A DNA stretch of 64,000 nucleotides from a bacterium (GTDB lineage: Bacteria > Patescibacteriota > Minisyncoccia > Moranbacterales > UBA2206). Shown here piece by piece: positions 50,106-58,994 of this stretch (the stretch's first letter is position 1; the number at the start of each line of letters is the position of its first letter). Location of the stretch: assembly GCA_029567195.1 (NCBI GenBank), contig JAKQLJ010000020.1:3971-67970 (forward strand). The letters are read 5' to 3'. The position numbers were made by a program, and so were the translations under genes. The notes under the pieces are model-generated. The model worked only from the letters and a program-made list of their open reading frames with translations, searched no databases and was not told where the DNA came from.

Positions 50106-51647
50106 ATGGATCTGACGAAAAAAAATGCCTTTACTGTCCTGGTGGCAATAATATTATTAGGCGCGTTCCTGCGTTTTTATAATATTGGAGCGACATCTTT
50201 TGTGGCCGATGAGTTTTTGGATATTAACTCCAGTTATGCCTATTTCAAAACCGGCGTATGGCAAAATTGGGATTTTAATTTTTCCCGGGTGAATAGCGAT
50301 AATGTTTTTGAAGCGCGGGATTCGCGGGCTTGGATATATAAAGGGCAAGTGGCTCAGGTTTTTAAATTCCTGCCGCCCACCGAAAGCGTTGCTCGTTCCG
50401 TTAGCGCCGCTTGGGGCGTAATTTCCATCATTCTTATTTATCTGGTGGCCAAGTATTTCACCCGAAAAAAAGAAATCGGGCTTATCTCTGCTTTTCTTTT
50501 TGCGGTCAGCGTTTCCGGCATTATTTTTGACCGGAAGCTGAGGATGTATGCTATGTTTTTTGCCGTATTTTTGGCTTTTTCCTGGATGCTTTATCGATTT
50601 TTGGAAGAAAAATACAAAGGAAAGAATAAGCTGGGTGTTTTCTTTTACCAAAAATTGGATATAAATATTATTTATCTCCTTCCGGCTATAATTTTAGGGG
50701 CTGTGAGCTTTTTGACCCATCAATTGACGGGCAATATAGTCATTATAATTTTTATTTATCTTTTGATCAGATTAATTCAAACCAGGAAAAATCTTTGGCC
50801 GAATAAATATTTGTTGGGACTGTCAGTCTTCTTTGCTGGTTATATCGTGGCTCTTCTTCTTTTTCCTGACAAATTAGCTGTTTTTTCCAAAGGAATCCGA
50901 TTATTCGAAAATCACTGGAGCTATCTGGCGGTAACCTTTTCCGATTACAGCAATTTCATCTTAGCTGGAATTTTTTTAGCAACCGGAATTTATTATTTAG
51001 CCAAAAAAGAAAAGCTAAAAAAGGAAACGCTTTGGCTGGCCGTTTCGTTTTTTGCCGTTCTCTTTTCGGCTATATTAATTTGGAATAGAAACGTGGGCGA
51101 TCAATACATTTTCTTTATCCAATCTTTTATGATAATTATTGTAGCTTCCGGCATTTATGCCGTTTGCAGTTTTTTCAAGGAGAATCTTAGCCAATTCGGC
51201 CGGCGCGCTGTTTATGCGCCGATAATTATCATCGCTCTTATTTTACCCAACTGGGGTTATTTTTGGACGGAAAGCAACACATATAAACAAACCAGTCAGT
51301 CAGATAACCCCAATTTTAGGCGGGTTTTTACTTATTTCAAAAAAGCTAAAAATAGCGAGGATGTTCTCATTACCAGAAATTTCAGAAATTATTATTGGAG
51401 TGGAGCGGGCGTAAAGGTTTTTGATTTTGGCGGAGAACTATCAACAGAGAAGCTGAAAACGGAAGATATCCAAAAAATTCAAAACGAAAATCACAGCGGC
51501 TGGTTTATCGTAACCGACAATGATGAAAGTTATGTTTCCAATGATGCTATGGAATATGCAGAAAAAAACTTCCAGCGCGTGAGCAATCCGGAAGTTCGGG
51601 GAAAAATCAAAGTGTATAGATGGCCGGCATCAGAAACTAATCTATAA
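50106..51647 (+). CDS. GT-C membrane glycosyltransferase, ArnT/PMT-like
   Basis: FLRFYNIGATSFVADEF, with an Asp/Glu-containing first periplasmic loop. About 11 TM helices. Confidence 0.6.
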   Translation: MDLTKKNAFTVLVAIILLGAFLRFYNIGATSFVADEFLDINSSYAYFKTGVWQNWDFNFSRVNSDNVFEARDSRAWIYKGQVAQVFKFLPPTESVARSVSAAWGVISIILIYLVAKYFTRKKEIGLISAFLFAVSVSGIIFDRKLRMYAMFFAVFLAFSWMLYRFLEEKYKGKNKLGVFFYQKLDINIIYLLPAIILGAVSFLTHQLTGNIVIIIFIYLLIRLIQTRKNLWPNKYLLGLSVFFAGYIVALLLFPDKLAVFSKGIRLFENHWSYLAVTFSDYSNFILAGIFLATGIYYLAKKEKLKKETLWLAVSFFAVLFSAILIWNRNVGDQYIFFIQSFMIIIVASGIYAVCSFFKENLSQFGRRAVYAPIIIIALILPNWGYFWTESNTYKQTSQSDNPNFRRVFTYFKKAKNSEDVLITRNFRNYYWSGAGVKVFDFGGELSTEKLKTEDIQKIQNENHSGWFIVTDNDESYVSNDAMEYAEKNFQRVSNPEVRGKIKVYRWPASETNL

Positions 51648-53223
51648 AAACCCGACTTTTAATCCTTTCTTCTATATCAAGCATTTTCTTTTCGTATGAA
51701 ATGTTTTTTAGGCTGATATTGTCAGTTTTTTTGCCTTTTATCTTAAAACAAAGTCCCCGATAATCCTGGCAATCAAAGCCGGAAACAGTTATATTTTGAC
51801 TTTCTTTGATTTCAAAAAGGGGATTGTTGTCTATCATTTTTAAAGTTATATTTTCAAAATTGATATTTTTTGCTTTGCTTAGGTATATTCCGTCCTTGGA
51901 AAGTATTTTCAAATTGGAAAAATTTATATTTTCCATCACCCCTTCAAGAAGTCCGTCTACTTTCAAGGTTCTTTGGTATCCAGAAGCTTCGATGTTTTTA
52001 ATATTGATATTTCTTATCTCCGGTTCCCGATCAATACTCGATTTCAATTTGGAATTATAAGAAAGGTCAATGATAGCTATTTCATTGGTGATATTTTCCA
52101 TCTTTATATCTTCCACCCACACATTCTCTATGAAGCCTCCCCGGCTCTTGGCTGACTTTATGCGGATGCCATTGTCAGTATTGGAGAAAATAGAATCATG
52201 AACAAAAACATTTCTTACTCCTCCTGACATTTCACTTCCAATAGCTATTGCTCCATGACCTTTTTGGAAGTAGCAGTTTTTGACGATGATGTTTTCTGAC
52301 GGGCGGTTGACTCTGAATCCGTCTTCTTCCAGTCCGGATTTTATGGCGATAACATCGTCGCCAGTGGAGAATGATGAATTTTCAATGACAACATTCCGGG
52401 AAGAATCAATAACAATGCCGTCAGTGTTGGCGGAATATGTGTCCACCTTTATTTTTCTGATTATAATGTTTTCAGAATAAACCGGATGAATGGTCCACAT
52501 CGGTCCGTCGCCGATAGACAAATCTTCAATCAAAATATTTTTACTGTTTACAAATTGGATAAAGGAAGGGCGCAATCCTGATTTTTCTGTGCCAAAAATT
52601 CTTTTTTCCGTTGGGACGCCGGAAGAAGCCATTTCAAACAATCTTTGGCGTTCTTCCCGACTTTCTACGCTGTCTTTTTGGGCCCAAGTCCACCAAAAAT
52701 CTCCGTTTCCAGTGAGCTTACCTTTTCCGGTTAAGGCTATATTTTGGCAATTAAGTGCGTAAATCAATGGAGAAAAACCATACATTTCCATTCCCTGAAA
52801 GCGGGTAAAAACCACCGGCAAATAATCGTTAAAATCGGTGCTGAAAACTATTTCCGCCCCTTCTTCCAGATGAAAATTTATGTTGCTTTTCAGGTGAATG
52901 GCGCCACTTTTCCATTTACCGGCAGGGATAACCACTTTTCCGCCTCCTTTTTGATGGCAGTCGTCGATGGCTTTTGTTATGGAGTTTGTGCTTAGCCCTT
53001 CGTCATTGTCAATGGCTCCGTAATCTCGGATATTACAAATCAAATTGGGAAATGCCGGCTCTTTTAAATCAGGCATGGAAAAAGGAACCGGCTTATCTTT
53101 TTCCGATTCTTTTTGACTGGTTTCTTTTGTTGAATTAGCTGTTTTTTCTTGATGCCAAAAATAAAAAGCGGTGCCGAATAGAAAAGTAAAAACAAAAAAA
53201 GCAAATAAAATTTTTTTATTCAT
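51637..53223 (-). CDS. Secreted glycoside hydrolase family 28-like (polygalacturonase-type right-handed beta-helix)
   Basis: Signal peptide, then DYGAIDNDEGLSTNSITKAIDDCHQKGGGKVVIPAGKWKSGAIHLKSNINFHLEEGAEIVFS. Later NTDGI.IDS and G.GHG..IGSE motifs are typical of GH28. Confidence 0.65.
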   Translation of the reverse strand: MNKKILFAFFVFTFLFGTAFYFWHQEKTANSTKETSQKESEKDKPVPFSMPDLKEPAFPNLICNIRDYGAIDNDEGLSTNSITKAIDDCHQKGGGKVVIPAGKWKSGAIHLKSNINFHLEEGAEIVFSTDFNDYLPVVFTRFQGMEMYGFSPLIYALNCQNIALTGKGKLTGNGDFWWTWAQKDSVESREERQRLFEMASSGVPTEKRIFGTEKSGLRPSFIQFVNSKNILIEDLSIGDGPMWTIHPVYSENIIIRKIKVDTYSANTDGIVIDSSRNVVIENSSFSTGDDVIAIKSGLEEDGFRVNRPSENIIVKNCYFQKGHGAIAIGSEMSGGVRNVFVHDSIFSNTDNGIRIKSAKSRGGFIENVWVEDIKMENITNEIAIIDLSYNSKLKSSIDREPEIRNINIKNIEASGYQRTLKVDGLLEGVMENINFSNLKILSKDGIYLSKAKNINFENITLKMIDNNPLFEIKESQNITVSGFDCQDYRGLCFKIKGKKTDNISLKNISYEKKMLDIEERIKSRVFID

Positions 53224-53251
53224 TGGTGAAAAATTTTATTAACAAATCAAT

Positions 53252-54679
53252 TTATATGCCAAAAAGTCTCAAAGCCCATCCGAACAAGCTAAAAGATTTT
53301 TCTTTCTGCTGCACAAAAGCTTCATTTTCCTTTAGGCGACCGTCCATCTCATTTTTTAATTGGTCAATGTCCAGTTTGACTTCATCAAGATTAGTATTGT
53401 TGGAAAGTTCACTAAGGACGGCTATGTTTGCCTTAATTTTCTCATTGTATTCCTTGACAGGGGAAACCGCTTTTGGATCGAAGCCGAAAAAGAAAGATTT
53501 AAAGCGGTTGGTTTTGTTAATTTCTGTTTTTTTATTAGAAATTTCCTCCCATAATCTATTTTTATCTGATTTTATTTGCGCCAAAGTTTCCTTATTCTTT
53601 GTTTCTTTTTCCTCTTCCTGTTTGAAAACATCTTCTTCCTGCTCTTGTTTTACAATTTCTTCGGCGGATTTGTCTTCTTCTTTTATGGCTGTTTCACTCT
53701 CGATCGTTTCATTGGTTTTCTTTTCTTCTTCCGTTACCGCCTTTACCACATCGCAAGATCCACTGATGGCCTTTTTTTTGTTAAGTTCGATCTTATTGTT
53801 TGTTACGTCCAGAGAATCACTCCAATAATTGCTAGGCCTGCCTTCTCCGCCGCTGGGAGCGCCGCAATACATGCCGTAATGTCCATTTCGGCTGATAGTG
53901 TTTTTAGTGATGGTTATTTTTCCCGTTTTGCTGGCGCTGGAATAGAACTGGTTGGCTATGCCGCTGGCTTTATTTTTTTTAATGTCATTTCCTCTAATGG
54001 TAAGATTGGCGCTGCCGACCACTATTTCAATGCCACCTTCCCCGTTGCTGAATACATCGTTGCCAATAACCGAACCGCGCACTTTTTCCCTGATATCAAT
54101 TCCTTCTTCATCATTATCGTGAATGGAATTATCAACAATATCAATAGCCCTTCCTTTTTGGACATACATTCCCTTGGCGTTATAAGCCAATTCTGATTTT
54201 TCAATCACTACTGGAGAGCTGCCTTCTGTCATGTTGACTCCATTTTTTCCGGCGTTTTTTATAATACAGCCGGAAACAGTGGTTTTACCCTTGAGATTTA
54301 GGGCGTTCATGCCTCCCGAAACAGTCAGATTTTCCAGCTTATTGTTGCCTTCCAGATTAAGATTATTAAAATCATGCCCCTTTATTATAACCTTGGCTTT
54401 TTCTTGGCCATAAAGCTCTGTTTCCTTGGGAAGAGTCAGGTCGCCATCATACTCGCCATTTTTAAGATGGATTTTTCTTTCGCCGGAACCGTTGCTTTCA
54501 GCTTTTTCCACCGCTTTTTTAAGAGTCTTATATGGCTTGTCAGATGTCCCTTCTTCATCGCCGTCATAGCTCTTGTCAACATAAATGTTATAACTGGCTG
54601 CCCGGGCCATTTGAGGACAAAAAATAACAAACAAAAAAAGCATGACCGGGAGCAAAAGACACCTTTTAAAATGGTTCAT
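53252..54679 (-). CDS. Secreted right-handed parallel beta-helix repeat protein with acidic coiled-coil C-terminal region
   Basis: Signal peptide (MNHFKRCLLLPVMLFLFVIFCPQMARA), repeated NxGxxI/V motifs, then an EEDK/KE-rich tail. Confidence 0.55.
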   Translation of the reverse strand: MNHFKRCLLLPVMLFLFVIFCPQMARAASYNIYVDKSYDGDEEGTSDKPYKTLKKAVEKAESNGSGERKIHLKNGEYDGDLTLPKETELYGQEKAKVIIKGHDFNNLNLEGNNKLENLTVSGGMNALNLKGKTTVSGCIIKNAGKNGVNMTEGSSPVVIEKSELAYNAKGMYVQKGRAIDIVDNSIHDNDEEGIDIREKVRGSVIGNDVFSNGEGGIEIVVGSANLTIRGNDIKKNKASGIANQFYSSASKTGKITITKNTISRNGHYGMYCGAPSGGEGRPSNYWSDSLDVTNNKIELNKKKAISGSCDVVKAVTEEEKKTNETIESETAIKEEDKSAEEIVKQEQEEDVFKQEEEKETKNKETLAQIKSDKNRLWEEISNKKTEINKTNRFKSFFFGFDPKAVSPVKEYNEKIKANIAVLSELSNNTNLDEVKLDIDQLKNEMDGRLKENEAFVQQKEKSFSLFGWALRLFGI

Positions 54680-54696
54680 TAAATTTGAAATAAATA

Positions 54697-56271
54697 TTAT
54701 TTATTTTTTTTAAATCCAAAACTTCGGGCTAAAAACTGCAAATCTTCTTTTTTTATCTCTCTTAAAGTATATAAAATAATAAGGTAAAAGACAAACAGAA
54801 TTACGGACCAGGGAATGAAAATCAAGCTTCCTTTGGAAAAAAAGAAGGAAACTGCGTAGACAACAAGTCCGGCCGAAGATATTTTCAAAAAACTTTTCAG
54901 TTTTATTTTCACGCCGAAATCTCTCCAGACGTAATAGAGCATAAAAAAGGTGACGACGGCCGAAGCGATAGAAGTGGCGATGGCCGATCCCATAATGCCG
55001 TATTTTTTTATTAAAAAATAATTCAAAATGGTGTTGACAGCCAAGCCAAAAATGGAAAGAATCATGGGGATTTTAACTTTTCCGGCGCCGCTCATAACAA
55101 AGCAAAAAACATAATAAATCGTTAAAAAGCCGACACCCCAGACCAAAACGGACATTGGAGCGGCGGCATCAATATAGCGGCTGGAATAAAAAAGCTTGAT
55201 TATTGGCGCGGAAAAAACGCTCATAAGGATGACAGACGGAACAAGAAGAACAAGCATAAGTCGTAGTGTTTGATTGACGATTTCGCCGGCTTTGGTATGA
55301 TTTTTTTCCGCTGTCGTTTTGGAAATAACAGGAAGAAGCACGACAGTCAGAGCGTAAAAAATATAATAAGGAATGCGGCCGATGGTAAGTGCGGCATTGT
55401 ATATGCCGGTCAGATAATCATCTTTCAAAATGCCTTTTACCAGATATAAATCAATGCTGATCAGAAGTTCGTAAGCCAAAAAGAAGATGACAATTTGCCA
55501 GGCATAGTTGACTAACTTCTTCCAGTCAAATGTTATGTCATCGGGCATCTTGTTGTCATTCCCGCGAAGGCGGGAATCTAGCATGGAAATTTTAGCTATC
55601 TCATTGGATGTCGGATCAAGTCCGGGATGACAATTTTCTAATTCTATTTCCTTTGCTTTGATTTTCGGACTTATCCGGATTTTATCGATGGCATAACCGA
55701 TAAAGAACAAAATTCCGGGAGCCATAATATATCCAACTATGGAACCTTTCAACTTGAAATAATAGGCCAAGGCAATGATGAATATCAATCGTAAAACTGA
55801 GCGGGTAATTTTCAGGATTGATTGGATGCCAAATTCGTGAAGTCCGGTGAAATAAGAAAAATAAAATGAAGCGGCGGCAAAGGCGGGAATTATAAGCGTG
55901 GAAATTTGGAAAAGGGGAGTGAGGGTTGGATCTCCAAGAATCTTGGAAATAAGCGGCGCAGACAAGAAAAAAAGGACAGTGATGGAGCCTATAATGATGC
56001 TTTGTAAAATAATAGCTTGCCGTTTTATTATCCCAACCATTCTCGGATTAGATTCAAAAATTTCACTGATATATTTGCTCATGGCGGTCGGAATGCCGTT
56101 GCCGATAAGAATGATGACCATGGTGGTAAGAGTTACCACTAACCCGTATCGTCCATAATCTGCCGGGCCCAAAATTCTTCCGACAACCGAGTGAATGACA
56201 AAACCGGAGATATTAAAGATTATCTCCGAAACAGTGACCCAAATTGTGGCCTTGGCGAAACTTTTAGACAT
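54697..56271 (-). CDS. Polysaccharide biosynthesis protein / flippase (Wzx, MOP superfamily) carrying an in-frame palindromic element
   Basis: 524 aa, 12-14 TM helices and a Wzx-like N-terminus (ATIWVTVSEIIFNISGFVIHSVVGRILGPADYGRYG). A hydrophilic insert ENCHPGLDPTSNEIAKISMLDSRLRGNDNKMP lies mid-protein. Confidence 0.7.
   Translation of the reverse strand: MSKSFAKATIWVTVSEIIFNISGFVIHSVVGRILGPADYGRYGLVVTLTTMVIILIGNGIPTAMSKYISEIFESNPRMVGIIKRQAIILQSIIIGSITVLFFLSAPLISKILGDPTLTPLFQISTLIIPAFAAASFYFSYFTGLHEFGIQSILKITRSVLRLIFIIALAYYFKLKGSIVGYIMAPGILFFIGYAIDKIRISPKIKAKEIELENCHPGLDPTSNEIAKISMLDSRLRGNDNKMPDDITFDWKKLVNYAWQIVIFFLAYELLISIDLYLVKGILKDDYLTGIYNAALTIGRIPYYIFYALTVVLLPVISKTTAEKNHTKAGEIVNQTLRLMLVLLVPSVILMSVFSAPIIKLFYSSRYIDAAAPMSVLVWGVGFLTIYYVFCFVMSGAGKVKIPMILSIFGLAVNTILNYFLIKKYGIMGSAIATSIASAVVTFFMLYYVWRDFGVKIKLKSFLKISSAGLVVYAVSFFFSKGSLIFIPWSVILFVFYLIILYTLREIKKEDLQFLARSFGFKKNK
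55553..55640. repeat. In-frame palindromic mobile-element copy within the flippase CDS (ttgtcattcccgcgaaggcgggaatc...gtccgggatgacaa)
   Basis: Same termini and internal cccgcg-aa-ggcggg hairpin as the 1187 and 11805 copies. Read on the minus strand it gives NCH...RLRGNDN with no stop. Confidence 0.55.
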
Positions 56272-56899
56272 TGTTTTTTATTTCTTCGAAAATTTGCATC
56301 TTGTCCCTGTTGCCGTCAATTATTTTCCAATTCCATTGGTCGGATTTCTTATCATAAATTTCCTTTTTCTTCCGAAGATATTCTATGCCCTGTTCAGGTT
56401 TTCTTTCGCGTTGCATGATTTGTTCGGGAGAGGCTTGGAGGTAAATCGCTATATCGGGACGTATAATTTTGTCATTTCCGCCAAAGCCATGCTTACCGGC
56501 AGGCAGGCGGTAATGACAACTTAAGAATTCTATATTTATTATGCTATCATAAAAATAACGGTCGCTGAGAATATAGTCATAACCGGAATTACGTAATTTA
56601 TTGCGTAATTTTTCAAATCTCCAGATATCGATTTTTAAAAATATTTTTCTCAGTTGAATTTGCATCCAGTTGGCCTTGGTGACGCTTTTTTCTTCGCTGT
56701 TTTTAATATTGCATTTTCCGGTCAACCGGCAAATCAGGCAATATTTATTTTTAAAATTGGCCAGCTTTTTAGCCGTCCCGTGCTGGATGGCATGGAAATA
56801 AAAAACCTTCTTGCCTTGCTGTTCAAGATAGTTTTTGAGCAGTTCTATTTGGGTTGATTTTCCACTGCCATCAAGGCCTGAGATAGTAATAATTTTCAT
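56264..56899 (-). CDS. tmk: Thymidylate kinase-like P-loop kinase carrying an in-frame palindromic element
   Basis: P-loop GLDGSGKSTQ, a DRYFYDSII (DRY..S) motif and a PDIAIYLQASPEQIMQRERKPEQ lid region. A 19-aa insert SCHYRLPAGKHGFGGNDKI lies between the two. Confidence 0.6.
   Translation of the reverse strand: MKIITISGLDGSGKSTQIELLKNYLEQQGKKVFYFHAIQHGTAKKLANFKNKYCLICRLTGKCNIKNSEEKSVTKANWMQIQLRKIFLKIDIWRFEKLRNKLRNSGYDYILSDRYFYDSIINIEFLSCHYRLPAGKHGFGGNDKIIRPDIAIYLQASPEQIMQRERKPEQGIEYLRKKKEIYDKKSDQWNWKIIDGNRDKMQIFEEIKNNV
56466..56523. repeat. In-frame palindromic mobile-element copy within tmk (ttgtcatttccgcc-aaagccatgcttaccggcaggcaggc-ggtaatgacaa)
   Basis: 14-bp inverted arms. The core aaagccatgc(c/t)taccggcaggcaggc is identical to the 1201-1230 copy. 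It is 57 nt long, a multiple of 3. Confidence 0.6.
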
Positions 56900-56955
56900 T
56901 GATTTCTCTGCGAATTACTAATTTTATATAAATATACGAAAAAGAAGATAATTTT

Positions 56956-57789
56956 TTATAACGGGCTTTTGATGTTTTGCAAATTATTATTGGCCACTTT
57001 CGTGTAAATCTGGGTTGTTTCCAGCTTGGCATGCCCTAAAAGCGTCTGGATATATCTTATATCAGTTCCACCTTCCAGTAAATGCGTGGCAAAAGAGTGG
57101 CGAAGAGAATGGCAAGAGGCGCATTTTTTTATGCCTGAATTTTTGAGCGCTTCAGCAAAAACCTTTTGTGCGGTTCGTTCCGTCAGTTTGCCTCCGCGAT
57201 CTGATTCAAAAACATAATTATCCGCGTTTTTATTTTTTACATATTTTCGCAGAACATTGATTATTTTTTCCGACAAAATAGTCGTTCTGTCTTTTGCGCC
57301 TTTAGCGCCGCGGATAAATAATAATTTACCGTCAAAATCAAAATTTTTCACTTTTACGCTCACAACTTCTGATACTCGCAATCCTGATGAATACATAAGT
57401 CCCATCATTAGTTTATGTTTGACGCTTAAAATAGTTCCCAGAATTTTCCTAATTTCCTCTTTTGTAAAAACTTCCGGTATTTTCTTGGGTTTTTTGGCGC
57501 GAGGAATATTGGCAAAAAACCGGCGGCGGAGTATTTTTTCAAAATAAAATCGGAGGGCGCTATAAGCGGTGTTTAGTGTTGAGGCGGATTTGCTGTCATC
57601 TACCAACTTTTCCAAATAATTCCGTAAATCCTGGGCGTTGATATTCCTGGGATTTTTATTTGCGAACTTTAAGGCGGCTGTTATATAATAAAGATAAGAT
57701 TCGACAGTTCTGGGACTAAAATGCCGCAGTTTCATCTCCTGTTTTAATTGATAAACCGGATCCTTGCTAGGGTAATAATTTCCATTCAT
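56956..57789 (-). CDS. Tyrosine site-specific recombinase (Xer-like, 277 aa), divergent from cassette array
   Basis: Catalytic residues are in order: SGLRVSEV (Arg), GAKGAKDR (Lys), HSLRHSFAT (HxxR), LLGHAKLETTQIYTKV (His and the Tyr nucleophile). Confidence 0.8.
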   Translation of the reverse strand: MNGNYYPSKDPVYQLKQEMKLRHFSPRTVESYLYYITAALKFANKNPRNINAQDLRNYLEKLVDDSKSASTLNTAYSALRFYFEKILRRRFFANIPRAKKPKKIPEVFTKEEIRKILGTILSVKHKLMMGLMYSSGLRVSEVVSVKVKNFDFDGKLLFIRGAKGAKDRTTILSEKIINVLRKYVKNKNADNYVFESDRGGKLTERTAQKVFAEALKNSGIKKCASCHSLRHSFATHLLEGGTDIRYIQTLLGHAKLETTQIYTKVANNNLQNIKSPL

Positions 57790-57839
57790 ACCCTCTTATG
57801 ATTAGAAATTTATATTCTAATTTTAGCACAATTAAAGTA

Positions 57840-57885
57840 TATTTTAAAACAATTCGCATATAAGAAGTTATCGGAAATAAATTAA
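57840..57885 (+). other. Putative attI-like recombination site (caaTTCGCATataagaaGTTATCGGAAATA)
   Basis: Lies between the recombinase start and the first cassette gene. It contains a GTT triplet followed by the same 13-mer, GTTATCGGAAATA, found at cassette junction 60901-60913. The TTCGCAT...GTT half resembles the right arms of the downstream attC-like sites. Confidence 0.4.
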
Positions 57886-57897
57886 AAACCTCAACCT

Positions 57898-58323
57898 ATG
57901 AAGAGATTAAAATGTAATGTCGGCGAATATGGCGTAATCGTAAATCAACGAGAAGAATTTTTGATTTTAAGACTCCCCCTAAACAAAGAGTTTGCCAAAG
58001 AAATGTGGATGTTCCCGGGTGGCCGACTTGATGCTGATGACCAACCTGAGCTTGGCTTACAGCGTGAAGTACTAGAAGAAACCAGCCTTAAAATAAAAAT
58101 TATCGCTCCTGTTCACGTCGCCAGATGGGGAATTGAGAATCCGTCGAAGTACTCGGTATTTTTTCTATGTCGTTTAATTGGCAAGCAGGAAGTAAAGATC
58201 AGCCACGAACATATTGAAAGCAAATGGATAAAATTTAGTGATATAGAAAAAATCCCTTGGCATAATATTAACAGTAAGCTAGCAGCAAAAAAATCAAAAA
58301 TTCTCCTGGCGAAAGGTTTTTAA
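57898..58323 (+). CDS. Nudix hydrolase (cassette 1)
   Basis: Nudix box GGRLDADDQPELGLQREVLEETSL (Gx5Ex7REVxEE). Confidence 0.7.
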   Translation: MKRLKCNVGEYGVIVNQREEFLILRLPLNKEFAKEMWMFPGGRLDADDQPELGLQREVLEETSLKIKIIAPVHVARWGIENPSKYSVFFLCRLIGKQEVKISHEHIESKWIKFSDIEKIPWHNINSKLAAKKSKILLAKGF

Positions 58324-58330
58324 TTTACAT

Positions 58331-58406
58331 CCGATAACACGCGATATCCAAAATTTACTACGTTGCACTTTAGTAAACTTCGGATATCGCGGATACGTTA
58401 TCTGAA
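58331..58406 (+). other. attC-like imperfect palindrome 1 (gatAAC-a-cgcgatatcc...ggatatcgcg-gatac-GTTatctgaaat)
   Basis: 10-bp L-type stem with an extended outer stem (aaatttacta/tagtaaa). 5'-AAC is 1 nt from the stem and GTT-3' is 5 nt from it. It directly follows the stop codon. Confidence 0.5.
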
Positions 58407-58428
58407 ATTGCAAAAAGCTTTCTAAAAA

Positions 58429-58980
58429 ATGATAAAAAAACCAAAAAGGATAATCATTGTTCCCAGCAACGACATCAATCCTCTGAACCAGCTATCAAAT
58501 ACTCATACATTGTTGAGATGTAAGGACGCTTTGAAGCTATGGAAAACAAATGGGTTTGATTTTATCGTAACTTCTGGAGGTTGCTACTACAACAAAAAAG
58601 TACAAACTATACCCGCCGCTGACATAATGAAGAGTTGGTTTGTTTCAAATGAAGTTCCTGAGGCTCAAATTATCAGTGAGAATAAATCGCTTGATACTTA
58701 CACTAACCTTCATTATTCGTTGAAATTATTGAAAGATAGCAACATCACTCTTGGTAATTTAGCTATTGTCAGTCATTGGACACACCTGACCAGAATAAAA
58801 ATAATTTTGTGGCGAAATTATAAAATCAAACCCGTTTGTTTTCCCGTTGAGTATAAACTGTCTTTTGCTGAATGGCTACATGAATTTTTTTGGTTTTTTT
58901 ATCATTTTTTAGACAAAACAGGCGATGGATTTCTGGAAAGAAAGATTCGCAAAATGGTTGAGGTTAGAGCTTCTTCGTAG
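58429..58980 (+). CDS. DUF218 (YdcF/ElyC-like) domain protein (cassette 2)
   Basis: IIIVPSNDINPLN...IVTSGG...IISENKSLDTYTNLHYS matches the DUF218 pattern (GG...E...S.nT.eN). Confidence 0.5.
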   Translation: MIKKPKRIIIVPSNDINPLNQLSNTHTLLRCKDALKLWKTNGFDFIVTSGGCYYNKKVQTIPAADIMKSWFVSNEVPEAQIISENKSLDTYTNLHYSLKLLKDSNITLGNLAIVSHWTHLTRIKIILWRNYKIKPVCFPVEYKLSFAEWLHEFFWFFYHFLDKTGDGFLERKIRKMVEVRASS

Positions 58981-58994
58981 GAGCTTTTTGCAAC

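Noticed and set aside
53223-53828. 201-aa Ser/Leu/Phe-rich plus-strand ORF and 53576-54196 ORF overlapping the beta-helix protein gene
   Set aside because: Antisense to a signal-peptide beta-helix CDS. Composition-driven.
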